Positions 1-9,969 of a stretch of DNA of 64,000 bases are shown one piece after another; position 1 is the stretch's first letter; the number at the start of each line of letters is the position of its first letter. The notes beneath the pieces were generated by a model. The model worked only from the letters and a program-made list of their open reading frames with translations, had not been told where the DNA came from and ran no database searches. The DNA is from Myxococcales bacterium (lineage in GTDB: Bacteria; Myxococcota; UBA727; JABDBI01). Both the position numbers and the translations under genes were made by a program. The stretch lies in NCBI GenBank assembly GCA_023248595.1, contig JAHFEG010000009.1, positions 7,739 to 71,738 of the forward strand. Reading direction: 5' to 3'.

Positions 1-77
1 GGCCGGACTCAGGCCGTACTAACTGAAAAAACGGGAAATTTAGCCTGCTTAAACCCCGTCTAAGTGCTTGATAATAT

Positions 78-154
78 TGGTGCGCCCTACAAGATTCGAA
101 CTTGTGACCCCCGGCTTAGAAGGCCGGTGCTCTATCCAACTGAGCTAAGAGCGC
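78..154 (-). tRNA. tRNA-Arg(TCT)
   Basis: Reverse complement GCGCTCTTAGCTCAGTTGGATAGAGC...CCGGC-CTTCTAA-GCCGG...GTTCGAATC...GGGCGCACCA; cloverleaf, anticodon TCT, encoded CCA. Confidence 0.97.
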
Positions 155-247
155 ACGCATTAAAGCATGTAACTGATTCGTGCTTATGACGCATTTCGAC
201 ATTGTCTGCAAGTCGCGAGATCAAAAAAACAAAAACGTAACAGGGCG

Positions 248-1495
248 TCACTTGAAAAGCGGATTTAAGCTAAGTCCTCTTGCAGCCTTCTGCGCTCGCT
301 CGTTGTCTTTTAAGTGCATATCAAAAATATCTTTTTGAGACAGAAAAGATTGGCTGTCTTTCATTTCGCCCAATCTCATGTACGGATAGGGTAAATTTTC
401 TGGCATCAATTCGTCTTTACAAATTCCGCCAGCTTTTATTTCATCACAAAATTTTTGCGTTGGTCTTTGGCAACTATTTTTGTAGGGAACACTCACATAA
501 GAGAAAAAGTCATTTTGGTAATAATGCGTTAAAATGCTGCCACCATATAACATCCTAGGCCAAATGATGTCGCGCGCAAACATCTCATCATCGCCGTAGT
601 AAAGATGATAAGGATATTTTTCGATATAATCTTTTAGATCGGGAAAAGAGCCCTCACCTACATGTTTTCCAGCCCAAAGACCACCAAAAAGAGGCCCCAT
701 GCAACCAGGCAAAAGTTGAGTCCGATGAAAGTCAAGTCCGCTATTGATCCATTCACCCGCCATTAAAGCTTCCGCGGCCGTTAGAATCCAATCAGCATCT
801 CGTATCATATAACGAATGCTTTCTTTGTTTTTCATGTTTTCTGACACAACCATAAAACGCCAAAAGAACGCATCGATGCCGGCAACGTCAAGTCCGCTAT
901 CAACAAAGACTATCTCACATCCCAAATCTAACAATTTTTGAATGAAAGCATCGGGCAGCTCCCCCTTTATCGGCGTCATTTTTTTTGAAGTGGGATTTCG
1001 TTTTGGAACATAGACGCGAAAAGTAAAAGTTTCATAGCCCCATAGTTCATTAGAGGGAATATTATTAAATGCTTTTAATGACTGATTAGATTCTATAAAA
1101 GTTTCCAATCCATTGATGTATTTTGGATTATCTCCAAAAAGCGTTACAGCAATGACTCTTGCTTCAAAGGGAACCTTCCAATATTCTTTTTTTGTCGCAA
1201 TTGGGGCGGTGCTTTTTAAGGTGGTTTGTGTCTTGGGATTTTTATATTGATATTGCCAAATATCAACTGTTGGGCAGTCTGGTTGGCAATCTGATTTGCC
1301 ACGAAATGAACGGAGAATAGAGTGGTCATAGGCCCTGGTCGCTGGCTTGCTGAGGGGCACCCAAAGATTTAAGAGCGGATTGGAACGTCCTTTTTCTAGT
1401 TTGCTTCTTGCCACTCGAAAACAAGCGTTACTGCAAAGCAAAAAAACAAGCATGCTTAAAAAATACAAACATTTAATTGTAACTCGACTAAGCAT
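248..1495 (-). CDS. Exported/lipoprotein-type putative GT-A glycosyltransferase-like protein
   Basis: ATG 1495 with GGGGA SD just after valS stop; hydrophobic N-terminus ending FLLCSNAC; motifs TLFGDNPKY, FFWRF, IRDAD (DxD), GGLW, GDDEMF. Confidence 0.6.
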   Translation of the reverse strand: MLSRVTIKCLYFLSMLVFLLCSNACFRVARSKLEKGRSNPLLNLWVPLSKPATRAYDHSILRSFRGKSDCQPDCPTVDIWQYQYKNPKTQTTLKSTAPIATKKEYWKVPFEARVIAVTLFGDNPKYINGLETFIESNQSLKAFNNIPSNELWGYETFTFRVYVPKRNPTSKKMTPIKGELPDAFIQKLLDLGCEIVFVDSGLDVAGIDAFFWRFMVVSENMKNKESIRYMIRDADWILTAAEALMAGEWINSGLDFHRTQLLPGCMGPLFGGLWAGKHVGEGSFPDLKDYIEKYPYHLYYGDDEMFARDIIWPRMLYGGSILTHYYQNDFFSYVSVPYKNSCQRPTQKFCDEIKAGGICKDELMPENLPYPYMRLGEMKDSQSFLSQKDIFDMHLKDNERAQKAARGLSLNPLFK

Positions 1496-1512
1496 TCGTT
1501 CCCCCAAAAAAT

Positions 1513-4449
1513 CTAACCAATTCGTCCAATGGCTTTTTGCAAACGTGTTTGCTTTTCTTGCAATTCATCCAACTGTTTTTGATATTGCAAAATTACGTCT
1601 GCTGGCGCCTTAGCCACAAAACCTGCATTACCAAGACGAGCACTCAAAGAGTTTGCCTCTTTTTCAACTTTTTCCAGCTCTTTTTCTAAGCGCTTTTGTT
1701 CACTCCCTAAATCTATCACACCCTCAAGCGGTAAAACAACTTCAAAAAATGCGTCTGCATTTACGGCCGCTAGCTTCGGTACGGTGAATCCCTCTCTTGG
1801 TTCAATGCGCAAAGATTCAAGTAAAGCTAACTTAGAAATGGCAGCTGAAAAAGATTGTAGCAATAGCAAATGTTCTTGAGCTGATGCAAGTATTACTGCC
1901 GGCAATTTTTTCTGCGCTGGCAGATTGGATTCTTGCCGAGCATTGCGGATCATGACAATGACATTTTGAATTAAACGCAATTTTTTTTCTGCAACGAAGT
2001 CTATTAAGCTGATGTCCGCTTTGGGAAAAGGCGCAACCGCACAAAAGCCAGAAGCTTTTCGTGGTAATTTTTGCCAAATTTCCTCGCTAATAAATGGACA
2101 AAATGGATGAAAAAGACGCATACTGGTGTCTAGTAATTCCACTAGAACTGTTCGGGCTGCTTCGCGTTTTTGCGGGTGACTTTCTGGGTTGAGTCTGAGC
2201 TTGGCAAACTCGATATACCAATCACAGAATTCTGACCAAAAGAAATGATAAATACACTCTGCTGCTTCACTGAACTGATATTTTTCAATGCCAGTCTCTA
2301 CCGTTTGAATTGCTTTTTGCAAACGTGACAAAATCCATCGATCTTCAACTTCTAAGTCAGCTTTGACTTCGGACAAAGATAGTACGGGCTCACCACCTAA
2401 ACGCATCAAAACAAAACGAGAAGCATTCCAAATTTTATTCAAAAATGCACGATATCCGCTCACGCGAGCAATCGACAATTTGACATCACGGCCCTGTCCC
2501 GACAAAATCGCCAAACTTAAGCGTAAACCATCTGCACCAGAAGCCGGGATTCCCTCCGGATAATCTTTTTGGATGCCATCTAAAACCTGAGGTAAAAGAT
2601 GAGGCGGTACTGGATAGCTTTTTGTTTTTGCAAGTAAATCATCTAAGGCGATGCCTTCGATCACATCGACAGGATCAATGGCGTTTCCCAAGGACTTAGA
2701 CATTTTTCTACCATGAGAATCTCTAACCATGGCGTGCAAATAGATATCTGAAAATGGTGAGCGTCCCATAAAATGAATACCAAACATCACCATACGTGCG
2801 ACCCAAAAAAACAAAATATCAAACCCGGTCTCTAAGACAGCGGAAGGATAAAATGCTTTAAGGTCATCGGTATTTTCTGGCCAGCCCAATGTTGAAAAAG
2901 GCCAAAGACCGGAAGAAAACCAAGTATCGAGAACGTCTTCCTCTTGAATAAAAAAAGCATCCCCGTATTTCGCTGTCAGATCTTCCATGCTTGCTATCGA
3001 AAATGATTGCACTGCTTCATCGGGTAATTCATTCAAGGCAATTTGCACAATTTGCTTCACTGGTTCGCTAGAGTCTAGGGCTTTTAAACTTTCTGTTTGG
3101 ATTCCTTTTTTTTTGGAATCTTCAATGATCGCGATTTTTAATTTTTCAACATCATAGAAAACGGGAATTTGATGTCCCCACCAAAGCTGACGGCTGATGC
3201 ACCAATCTTGAATGTTAAGCAAAAAATGATGCCAGGTTTTTTTCCAACTGGCCGGGATAATGCGCGTTTCACCTGACTCAACAGCGTCATATGCTTTCTT
3301 GGCAAGCGTTTGTGTTTTCACAAAATACTGGCGGGACAACATGGGTTCTATGTCCACCCCTGATCTTTGCGAAATGCTCACATTGTGTTCGATCTTCTCA
3401 GACCCTCTAAAGAAACCTAAATCAGTCAAAGCTTGTTTGATTTTTTCGCGCGCCTCAAAGCGATCAAGACCGATATAAACACCACCTTGATCGTTGATTT
3501 TTCCATCGCGGGTTAAGATATTGATACGTGCGAGGTTGTGCCGGCTCCCCATTAAAAAATCGTTGGGATCATGGGCTGGCGTAATTTTAACAGCTCCAGT
3601 GCCAAAATCGATCTGCACAGTCTCATCCGCAATAATTTGAAACTCGCGTGTCGGGAAAAATGGATGAACCAAAGTTTCGCCGATAAGATCTTGATAGCGA
3701 TCATCTTGTGGATGAACAGCCACCGCGGTATCGCCCAACATGGTTTCTGGACGCGTCGTGGCTACGACAATTTCTCTGCCTGGTTTATTTTTCAGAGCAT
3801 AGGCAAAGTGCCATAACTCGCCTTCTCTGGTCACGTGTTCGACTTCTTCATCGCTTAAAGCCGTCTGGGACGCGGGATCCCAATTCACCAACCGCTCGCC
3901 CCGGTAAATGAGACCTTCATTCCACAGTTGCACGAATGCTGTTTTGACGGCGGTCGTGCATCCTTCATCCATGGTAAAGCGACAGCGATCCCAGTCTGCT
4001 GAAGCCCCCATCATTTTGAGCTGCTCAACAATGCGTGAACCATTTTTCTCTTTCCACTGCCAAATGCGTTCTAAAAATGCCTTTCGTCCAATGGTGTGAC
4101 GATTGGTTTTTTCTGTTCGCACCAATTCCCGTTCGACCACTGTTTGTGTGGCGATGCCAGCATGATCAATTCCCGGCAGCCATAAAGTGTTTTCGCCCAG
4201 CATGCGATGATAGCGAACCAAAACATCTTGCAAGGTCACAAACAAGGCATGGCCATTATGTAAAGCGCCGGTCACGTTGGGCGGAGGCATAATCACAACA
4301 TAAGATTTTTTGAAAGGTATTTGGTTGGGCAAAGAATCTTGAGCATGTGCAGCAAAAAGCTTGGCATCCATCCAAGTATCATACCAACGAGATTCTACTT
4401 CTTTGGCATCATAGCTTTTGGAAAGAATATCTGTTGCCGGTTCCGTCAT
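1513..4449 (-). CDS. valS: Valine--tRNA ligase
   Basis: PPPNVTGALHNGHA (HIGH-like), DWCISRQLWWGH, KMSKS, C-terminal coiled coil; ATG 4449 with GGAG SD. Confidence 0.98.
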   Translation of the reverse strand: MTEPATDILSKSYDAKEVESRWYDTWMDAKLFAAHAQDSLPNQIPFKKSYVVIMPPPNVTGALHNGHALFVTLQDVLVRYHRMLGENTLWLPGIDHAGIATQTVVERELVRTEKTNRHTIGRKAFLERIWQWKEKNGSRIVEQLKMMGASADWDRCRFTMDEGCTTAVKTAFVQLWNEGLIYRGERLVNWDPASQTALSDEEVEHVTREGELWHFAYALKNKPGREIVVATTRPETMLGDTAVAVHPQDDRYQDLIGETLVHPFFPTREFQIIADETVQIDFGTGAVKITPAHDPNDFLMGSRHNLARINILTRDGKINDQGGVYIGLDRFEAREKIKQALTDLGFFRGSEKIEHNVSISQRSGVDIEPMLSRQYFVKTQTLAKKAYDAVESGETRIIPASWKKTWHHFLLNIQDWCISRQLWWGHQIPVFYDVEKLKIAIIEDSKKKGIQTESLKALDSSEPVKQIVQIALNELPDEAVQSFSIASMEDLTAKYGDAFFIQEEDVLDTWFSSGLWPFSTLGWPENTDDLKAFYPSAVLETGFDILFFWVARMVMFGIHFMGRSPFSDIYLHAMVRDSHGRKMSKSLGNAIDPVDVIEGIALDDLLAKTKSYPVPPHLLPQVLDGIQKDYPEGIPASGADGLRLSLAILSGQGRDVKLSIARVSGYRAFLNKIWNASRFVLMRLGGEPVLSLSEVKADLEVEDRWILSRLQKAIQTVETGIEKYQFSEAAECIYHFFWSEFCDWYIEFAKLRLNPESHPQKREAARTVLVELLDTSMRLFHPFCPFISEEIWQKLPRKASGFCAVAPFPKADISLIDFVAEKKLRLIQNVIVMIRNARQESNLPAQKKLPAVILASAQEHLLLLQSFSAAISKLALLESLRIEPREGFTVPKLAAVNADAFFEVVLPLEGVIDLGSEQKRLEKELEKVEKEANSLSARLGNAGFVAKAPADVILQYQKQLDELQEKQTRLQKAIGRIG

Positions 4450-4744
4450 TTGCGCTCCCAATTACCCATTTATTGACTTTAGCACTTTCTCTTTTGGCTA
4501 TTTTTCAGGTTTAATCAATATCAGGGCGTTTTTTTTTGTCTTTGTTTTTATACGACAAAGGGCGGCTTGACTGTCATTTATGTTCCAAGATAACTCTAAG
4601 AATAAGACTTGTCAGAAGGCTGCAAATGCTTCTTTCGGCTATTTTGTAAAAAAAATAGGTTTGATGGTTTGCAATTGTCTAACCAAGTAACGGATATTGG
4701 TGAGGGGGCGAAAAAACCCCTCGTTCATTCAAAAGGAGATTAAA

Positions 4745-5272
4745 ATGAACAAAACATTGAAACTTGCGATGCGACTTTTACTCGGCGCCGTCCTTTTAAC
4801 CAGTTCGTCACAGGCCTTGGCTGAAAAGCTAGACCTTTCTAAGGGCACCATGATGCTTGGCGGTGCGGGACACTTACACCTCAAAGCCACGGGAGGGGAT
4901 GTTGGCAATGGAACATGGGCACATAAAGGAAGCATTGAATTCGGTTATTTCGTGATCGACAGACTGGCAGTGACCGCATCTCTTGGCGGCGAGGGTCCTT
5001 TCTCTCTAACAAATACGTTCACCAAGGCAGGAGCAGGGGTTGGGGTTGCTTATGCTTTTGATATCAACAGCATTGTCAGTCCTTATTTAGGCGCAAAAGG
5101 TGTCGTTGGGTTTAAGCCTGCCATGACCTGGGGCATTGAAGGAAATGCAGGTATTCTCATTGCATTGAATCAGCATGTTGCTGTCGATCTTGGTCTTAAA
5201 GTTGGATACAACTTTACGAACAAAGAATTAAATGGTGCACTTGGCTTTGTTGGCGTACGCGGATTCTTCTAA
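4745..5272 (+). CDS. Small outer-membrane beta-barrel protein (OmpA/OmpW-like)
   Basis: AAGGAG SD, signal peptide ending ALA, alternating Gly/aromatic strands, C-terminal Phe. Confidence 0.8.
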   Translation: MNKTLKLAMRLLLGAVLLTSSSQALAEKLDLSKGTMMLGGAGHLHLKATGGDVGNGTWAHKGSIEFGYFVIDRLAVTASLGGEGPFSLTNTFTKAGAGVGVAYAFDINSIVSPYLGAKGVVGFKPAMTWGIEGNAGILIALNQHVAVDLGLKVGYNFTNKELNGALGFVGVRGFF

Positions 5273-5292
5273 AAAAAAGCATAGCGTAACTT

Positions 5293-5326
5293 GAAAGAAG
5301 GCAGAGCGATCTGCCTTTTTCTTTTT
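5293..5326 (+). terminator. Intrinsic terminator
   Basis: AAGGCAGA-gcga-TCTGCCTT followed by T-tract. Confidence 0.8.
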
Positions 5327-5398
5327 CAAAATGCCCCCTTTGCGAGAAGTTTTATTTTATGGCACATCTCCGTCTCTTTTCGTTTGAGAGGTATCGGC

Positions 5399-6127
5399 GT
5401 GATAAAACTTGGCATTATTTTATCTTTAATTTCATTCAATGCAGCTGCTGCTTTTGTTTCCCAAAAAGACGCGTCAGTGATCGCCCTTGCTGCGCCAGAA
5501 GGTTTGCAGCCTTATCAGGGCGCTCCGCCTGTTATCCAATTAACGCCAGCGCAAAAAGAGCAGCTTGCTCAGGGCAAGGCTGTTTACCCTCCTCTTGTTG
5601 ACAACAAAGATGGAGGCTCGGCAATTGCTGTTTTCAAAGTGAATGCACCCGCTGAATTTATTTGGAAAGTGATCTCCCAATTTGATCAGTATCCCAACTG
5701 GGTTGATGGCGTTAAAAAGACAATTCACTATAAGCCAGCCGAAGGCGATAGCGTTTACATTCAATTCACGGTTGGTAAGTGGTTTACACCTTCGTACACT
5801 TATCACATCATCCACAACTTCCCTAAACTCAAAACAGGTTGGGGTACTTGGTCGCTTGACACGAGCCAGTCCAACGATTTAGTCAATTGCCGCGGTTTTT
5901 GGCGTGTGACACCAGCGATCAGTAACCTCAATCAAAGTATTGTAGAATACTCTGTCGATCTAAAAGGCAAAGGAATGATGATGGAAATTGCCCGTCCCAC
6001 TTTGCTTAAAGATGGCGTGGAAAATGCAACTTCTTGGGTCAGCAAACAAGCAGAAGTTGTTTTTGCAGAGCACGTTAAACAGACGCCAAAGCCTCTTGCC
6101 GAAAACACAATTGGCACAAATAATTAA
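5399..6127 (+). CDS. Exported SRPBCC/START-like (polyketide cyclase family) lipid-binding protein
   Basis: GTG start with GAGAGG SD, signal peptide, VNAPAEFIWKVISQFDQYPNWV signature. Confidence 0.7.
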   Translation: MIKLGIILSLISFNAAAAFVSQKDASVIALAAPEGLQPYQGAPPVIQLTPAQKEQLAQGKAVYPPLVDNKDGGSAIAVFKVNAPAEFIWKVISQFDQYPNWVDGVKKTIHYKPAEGDSVYIQFTVGKWFTPSYTYHIIHNFPKLKTGWGTWSLDTSQSNDLVNCRGFWRVTPAISNLNQSIVEYSVDLKGKGMMMEIARPTLLKDGVENATSWVSKQAEVVFAEHVKQTPKPLAENTIGTNN

Positions 6128-6286
6128 TTTTAATTAAAGAAACCTGCTTAGGCTGCTTGCTATCAACTTCCATTTCTGGATAAACAGTTGAAGAAGTGCT
6201 ATTGCTTTAAAAGCTGATTTTGGTATAGTGAGGGTGCTTTTTATCTAAGTTTTATCAATTTTAATCTATGTATTTGGAAATAATAA

Positions 6287-7765
6287 ATGATTTTAGAAAA
6301 TTCTGCTCTTACGAAAATCAGGCAATTTTTATGGCCCATTTATGGGGAAGAGCATAAACGCTTCTTGCCTATGATGTTGATGATTGCGTTTATCATTTTC
6401 AACTACACCGTGTTGCGTAACATCAAAGATGCCTTAATCGTTACAGAAGCTGGCGCCGAGACCATTACCTTTCTTAAGTTTTGGGCGGTTGTTCCCGCAG
6501 CTTTCATTTTTTTCCTGTTTTATTCAAAAATGACCAACATTCTGTCTTCTAAGTCAGTCTTTTATGTCATGGTTTTGCCTTTTATTGCTTTCTTTGCGAT
6601 TTTCGCCTTATTTCTTTACCCTAATCGCGAATTGCTTCACCCAACACTTTCCGCTGATTGGCTGCAAAGCATATTTCCTCCCGGCCTTGCTGGGATGGTT
6701 GCTATTTACCGTTACTGGACCTTTTCCCTGTTTTATGTGCTCGCAGAACTATGGGGAAGTGTTGTTCTTTCCTTGCTTTTTTGGCAGTTTGCTAACTCCG
6801 TAACGCCTGTTGCAGATGCTAAACGTTTTTATCCTCATCTCTATTTGCTGGGCAATGTGGCCAACATGTTGGCCGGTTACATCACTTTTTACTTCTCCAA
6901 TTTAGGCAAAACATCCAATGCCGCAGATCCTTGGCAGGTTTCTCTTAACTATTTAATGCTAATTGTGGTGTGCGTTGGTTTAGCTGCAACGGCAATCTAC
7001 TTTTACTTAAGCCAAGTTGTATTCAAAGAAGCTCCCGTATCTGCCACGGCGGCTCCTAAAAAGAAGAAACCAAAGCTTAGTATGGCAGAAAGTTTTAAAT
7101 TTTTATTTAGCTCTAAATACTTGGGACTGATTGCTGTTCTTGTGATTGCCTATGGTATTTCTATCAATCTCGTAGAGGTTTCCTGGAAGAACCGCTTAGG
7201 GATGCAATATCCTGATAAAAATGATTACAATGCTTTCATGGGCATGCTCTCTGGCACCATTGGTTTTGGAACTGCTTTGGTTATTTTGCTAGGTGGATCC
7301 ATTATTCGAAAATTCGGATGGAAAAAAGGCGCACTGGCTACTCCCTATATTTTGGGCTTTACCGGTATCGCATTTTTTGCTTGCGTCATCTTCCCGGATT
7401 TCTTTGCTCCAGTTGCGGTACTGATGGGAACAACTCCATTGATGATGGCTGTCATGTTTGGCTTCGCTCAAAATGTATTGAGCAAAAGCACCAAATACGC
7501 TCTTTTTGATCCGACCAAAGAAATGGCTTACATTCCGTTAGACGATGAATCCAAATCTAAGGGTAAGGCAGCTGTAGATGTTGTTGGTGCTCGCCTTGGC
7601 AAATCAGGCGGCTCGTTGCTTCAGCAGTTTATGTTTGCTTTCATTGGTCCAATTGGCGTCATCATGCCTTATTCTGCAGCCATCGTTGTCATCATTGTGG
7701 GTGTCTGGATTGTTGCAGTTTATGCACTCAGCAAGCGTTACACCGCGTTGAGTGGTGATAAATAA
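6287..7765 (+). CDS. tlcA: ATP/ADP translocase (Tlc/Npt1 nucleotide transporter)
   Basis: About 12 TM segments; FNYTVLRNIKD, FYVLAELWG, KYALFDPTKEMAYIPLD, KGKAAVDVVGARLGKSGG motifs. Confidence 0.96.
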   Translation: MILENSALTKIRQFLWPIYGEEHKRFLPMMLMIAFIIFNYTVLRNIKDALIVTEAGAETITFLKFWAVVPAAFIFFLFYSKMTNILSSKSVFYVMVLPFIAFFAIFALFLYPNRELLHPTLSADWLQSIFPPGLAGMVAIYRYWTFSLFYVLAELWGSVVLSLLFWQFANSVTPVADAKRFYPHLYLLGNVANMLAGYITFYFSNLGKTSNAADPWQVSLNYLMLIVVCVGLAATAIYFYLSQVVFKEAPVSATAAPKKKKPKLSMAESFKFLFSSKYLGLIAVLVIAYGISINLVEVSWKNRLGMQYPDKNDYNAFMGMLSGTIGFGTALVILLGGSIIRKFGWKKGALATPYILGFTGIAFFACVIFPDFFAPVAVLMGTTPLMMAVMFGFAQNVLSKSTKYALFDPTKEMAYIPLDDESKSKGKAAVDVVGARLGKSGGSLLQQFMFAFIGPIGVIMPYSAAIVVIIVGVWIVAVYALSKRYTALSGDK

Positions 7766-7792
7766 ACGTCTTCAAGCGGCACAGAGTATTTC

Positions 7793-8104
7793 TTAAATAA
7801 TCCTTATGCTGAACGGTATTTCAATAGTCAAATCTGCATCAATTTCGGTCTGGCAAGCTAGGCGACTTGTCAAAGACAAATGTTTGCCTAGTTCTTGCAG
7901 CTGCTCAAATTCATCTTCACTGGGATTTTCTAGGGCTTCAAATCCATCTTTAATAACCACATGACAGGTTGTACATGAACAGCCGCCACCGCAAACGTGC
8001 TCTAAATTAATACCTGCCTTCAGCGCAACGTCAAGCAGTCTGTCCCCCTTGCGGGCCCAGGCCACTTGATTGGTGGGCAAGAATGTTACTTTATATTCGG
8101 TCAC
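7793..8104 (-). CDS. fdx: 2Fe-2S ferredoxin (ISC/adrenodoxin type)
   Basis: LEHVCGGGCSCTTCHV ... SRLACQ. Confidence 0.92.
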   Translation of the reverse strand: MTEYKVTFLPTNQVAWARKGDRLLDVALKAGINLEHVCGGGCSCTTCHVVIKDGFEALENPSEDEFEQLQELGKHLSLTSRLACQTEIDADLTIEIPFSIRII

Positions 8105-8122
8105 GATGTGTACAAATAGATG

Positions 8123-8530
8123 TTAAAGTGAAAACGATTTACCACAGGAACAAGATTTGGTCTCGTTTTTATTGCGCAGTCGGAATCCGTTGCTACCAAG
8201 CTCTTCGTGCCACTCTAAAAGCGAGCCACCTAAAAGCTTGAGAGATTTTGGATCCACGCAAACGCGGATGCTTTGGTTTTCAAAAATAAAATCGTTTGAT
8301 GCCGGTTCGGTTTCAATTGCAAAATGATAACTAAATCCAGAGCAGCCGCCACCCACAATGCCGACGCGCATCAAGGCGCTTGAAGCCTGCGCTCTTAATA
8401 ATTCATGAATCCGTCGTGCGGCTGAATTGGCGATCCGTAATTCGTTTGGCCCAATCTCGGGAAAGGGCTCGGCAATAATTCCGGCCGATGAAGCGTTCTT
8501 GTCTTTTTTGGTAATTGCCAATAAACCCAT
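8123..8530 (-). CDS. iscA: HesB/IscA family A-type Fe-S carrier
   Basis: GGGCSGFSY and SCSCGKSF. Confidence 0.92.
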   Translation of the reverse strand: MGLLAITKKDKNASSAGIIAEPFPEIGPNELRIANSAARRIHELLRAQASSALMRVGIVGGGCSGFSYHFAIETEPASNDFIFENQSIRVCVDPKSLKLLGGSLLEWHEELGSNGFRLRNKNETKSCSCGKSFSL

Positions 8531-8591
8531 ATAGGTCTTCCGTTTTTAAAATATTTGATAACAAAGTTACTATACTTTGTGAAAGGTTTTC

Positions 8592-9893
8592 ATGAAAGGA
8601 CAATATTTTTGGTGCCTGCTGAGCGGTTTAATCAGCATTGTCCAGGTAGTGTCCTTGCGCGCCGGCCCTTCAGAAGACAGCTTTGGCGCAGGTAGTCGCG
8701 TGCAGGCGATGGGGGGTGCAGGTGTGGCACTAAGTCAAGACGCCTCTTCCGCGTTTTACAACCCAGCGCTTCTCACAAAATGCCCTAAACAGACCCTGTC
8801 TTTGGGCTATCAATTGATGCGCACCAACTTGAAAGTCCAAGACAGCAAAAAGGAGACATTGCAGAATAAGCAGCTGGGTCTTTTGCAAACTGCCAATCTC
8901 GGAGTTTGCCTTTCACCTTTTACAAATTTTGGTTTTGGTTTGTATGCTTCTTTTCCCGCGCAATTGCCTTTGCGGCTTCCCAGCATAGAGTCTTTAAATG
9001 CTACTCCGCAGTTTCTCATGTACGGGGACAATGCTGTATTTCCGTCAGTGATAGTTGGTCTTGCATATGCACCTATTCGCCAACTTTCTTTTGGTTTAGC
9101 TGCTGCCATATCGGCCAGTGTCGCCATACAGCAGAGCATGCACATGCCTGTTTTCGCTGCGACGGTTTCTCCTCAACTCTCTCCTGCTATCCAGCTCATT
9201 GCAGGAGTTGCGGGAGAACCTGTTGAGAAACTTCGTTTAAGTTTCGTCTATAGGCAGGCAGGTTTTGGTCGATTTGATGTCGATGTCGACACCAAGGCCT
9301 TCTTTAGAATACCTGGGCTTGGAAATGTTGGAGATGCCTCTTTACCATTTTTACTGGGAAGTGTCTTAAGCTATTCGCCTGCGCAAATCGCTTTTGGTTT
9401 ATCCTACCAGCCAGATATTTTTTGGTTGATTGGTGCAGATGTAACTCACTACCAATGGTCTGACTATACTGGCCCTTTTATGTCAGCCAGAGCCAAAAAG
9501 AATACCTGGGGAGCCTATCCTATTACTTTTCCCCCAGAAGAAATTTTAAGTTTTCGTGATACTTTTGTGCCACGCCTTGGTCTCGAATGTCGCTTAAACG
9601 AAAAAGTAAAAATCAGGGCAGGTTACGCATTTCACATGTCCCCGGCGCCAGTGCCTTCGAAGATAAGCAATTTGCTTGATAACAACGTACATCGCGTGAC
9701 TCTTGGCGGTGGTTATCGTCTTGTTTCGTTGACTGATTTAACCATCATATTAGATGCTTTTGTGGCCGTGGATGTCATGCTGCAAAGATCTGTGAAGAAA
9801 GTTATCAACAAACTAACGCCTAACCAGCCGACTGATTATAATTTCGGCGGAACCGCAATGAGTGCGGGTTTGACATTAAAAGCTGAATATTAA
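8592..9893 (+). CDS. OmpP1/FadL-family outer-membrane transporter
   Basis: Signal peptide, AMGGAGVA..DASSAFYNPA hatch motif, beta-strand pattern, C-terminal aromatic residue. Confidence 0.85.
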   Translation: MKGQYFWCLLSGLISIVQVVSLRAGPSEDSFGAGSRVQAMGGAGVALSQDASSAFYNPALLTKCPKQTLSLGYQLMRTNLKVQDSKKETLQNKQLGLLQTANLGVCLSPFTNFGFGLYASFPAQLPLRLPSIESLNATPQFLMYGDNAVFPSVIVGLAYAPIRQLSFGLAAAISASVAIQQSMHMPVFAATVSPQLSPAIQLIAGVAGEPVEKLRLSFVYRQAGFGRFDVDVDTKAFFRIPGLGNVGDASLPFLLGSVLSYSPAQIAFGLSYQPDIFWLIGADVTHYQWSDYTGPFMSARAKKNTWGAYPITFPPEEILSFRDTFVPRLGLECRLNEKVKIRAGYAFHMSPAPVPSKISNLLDNNVHRVTLGGGYRLVSLTDLTIILDAFVAVDVMLQRSVKKVINKLTPNQPTDYNFGGTAMSAGLTLKAEY

Positions 9894-9969
9894 TGGTGGT
9901 CCCGGTAGGACTCGAACCTACGACCTCCACCTTGTAAGGGTGGCACTCTACCAACTGAGTTACAAGACC
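9894..9969 (-). tRNA. tRNA-Val(TAC)
   Basis: Reverse complement GGTCTTGTAACTCAGTTGGTAGAG...CCACC-CTTACAA-GGTGG...GTTCGAGTC...GGGACCACCA. Confidence 0.97.
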
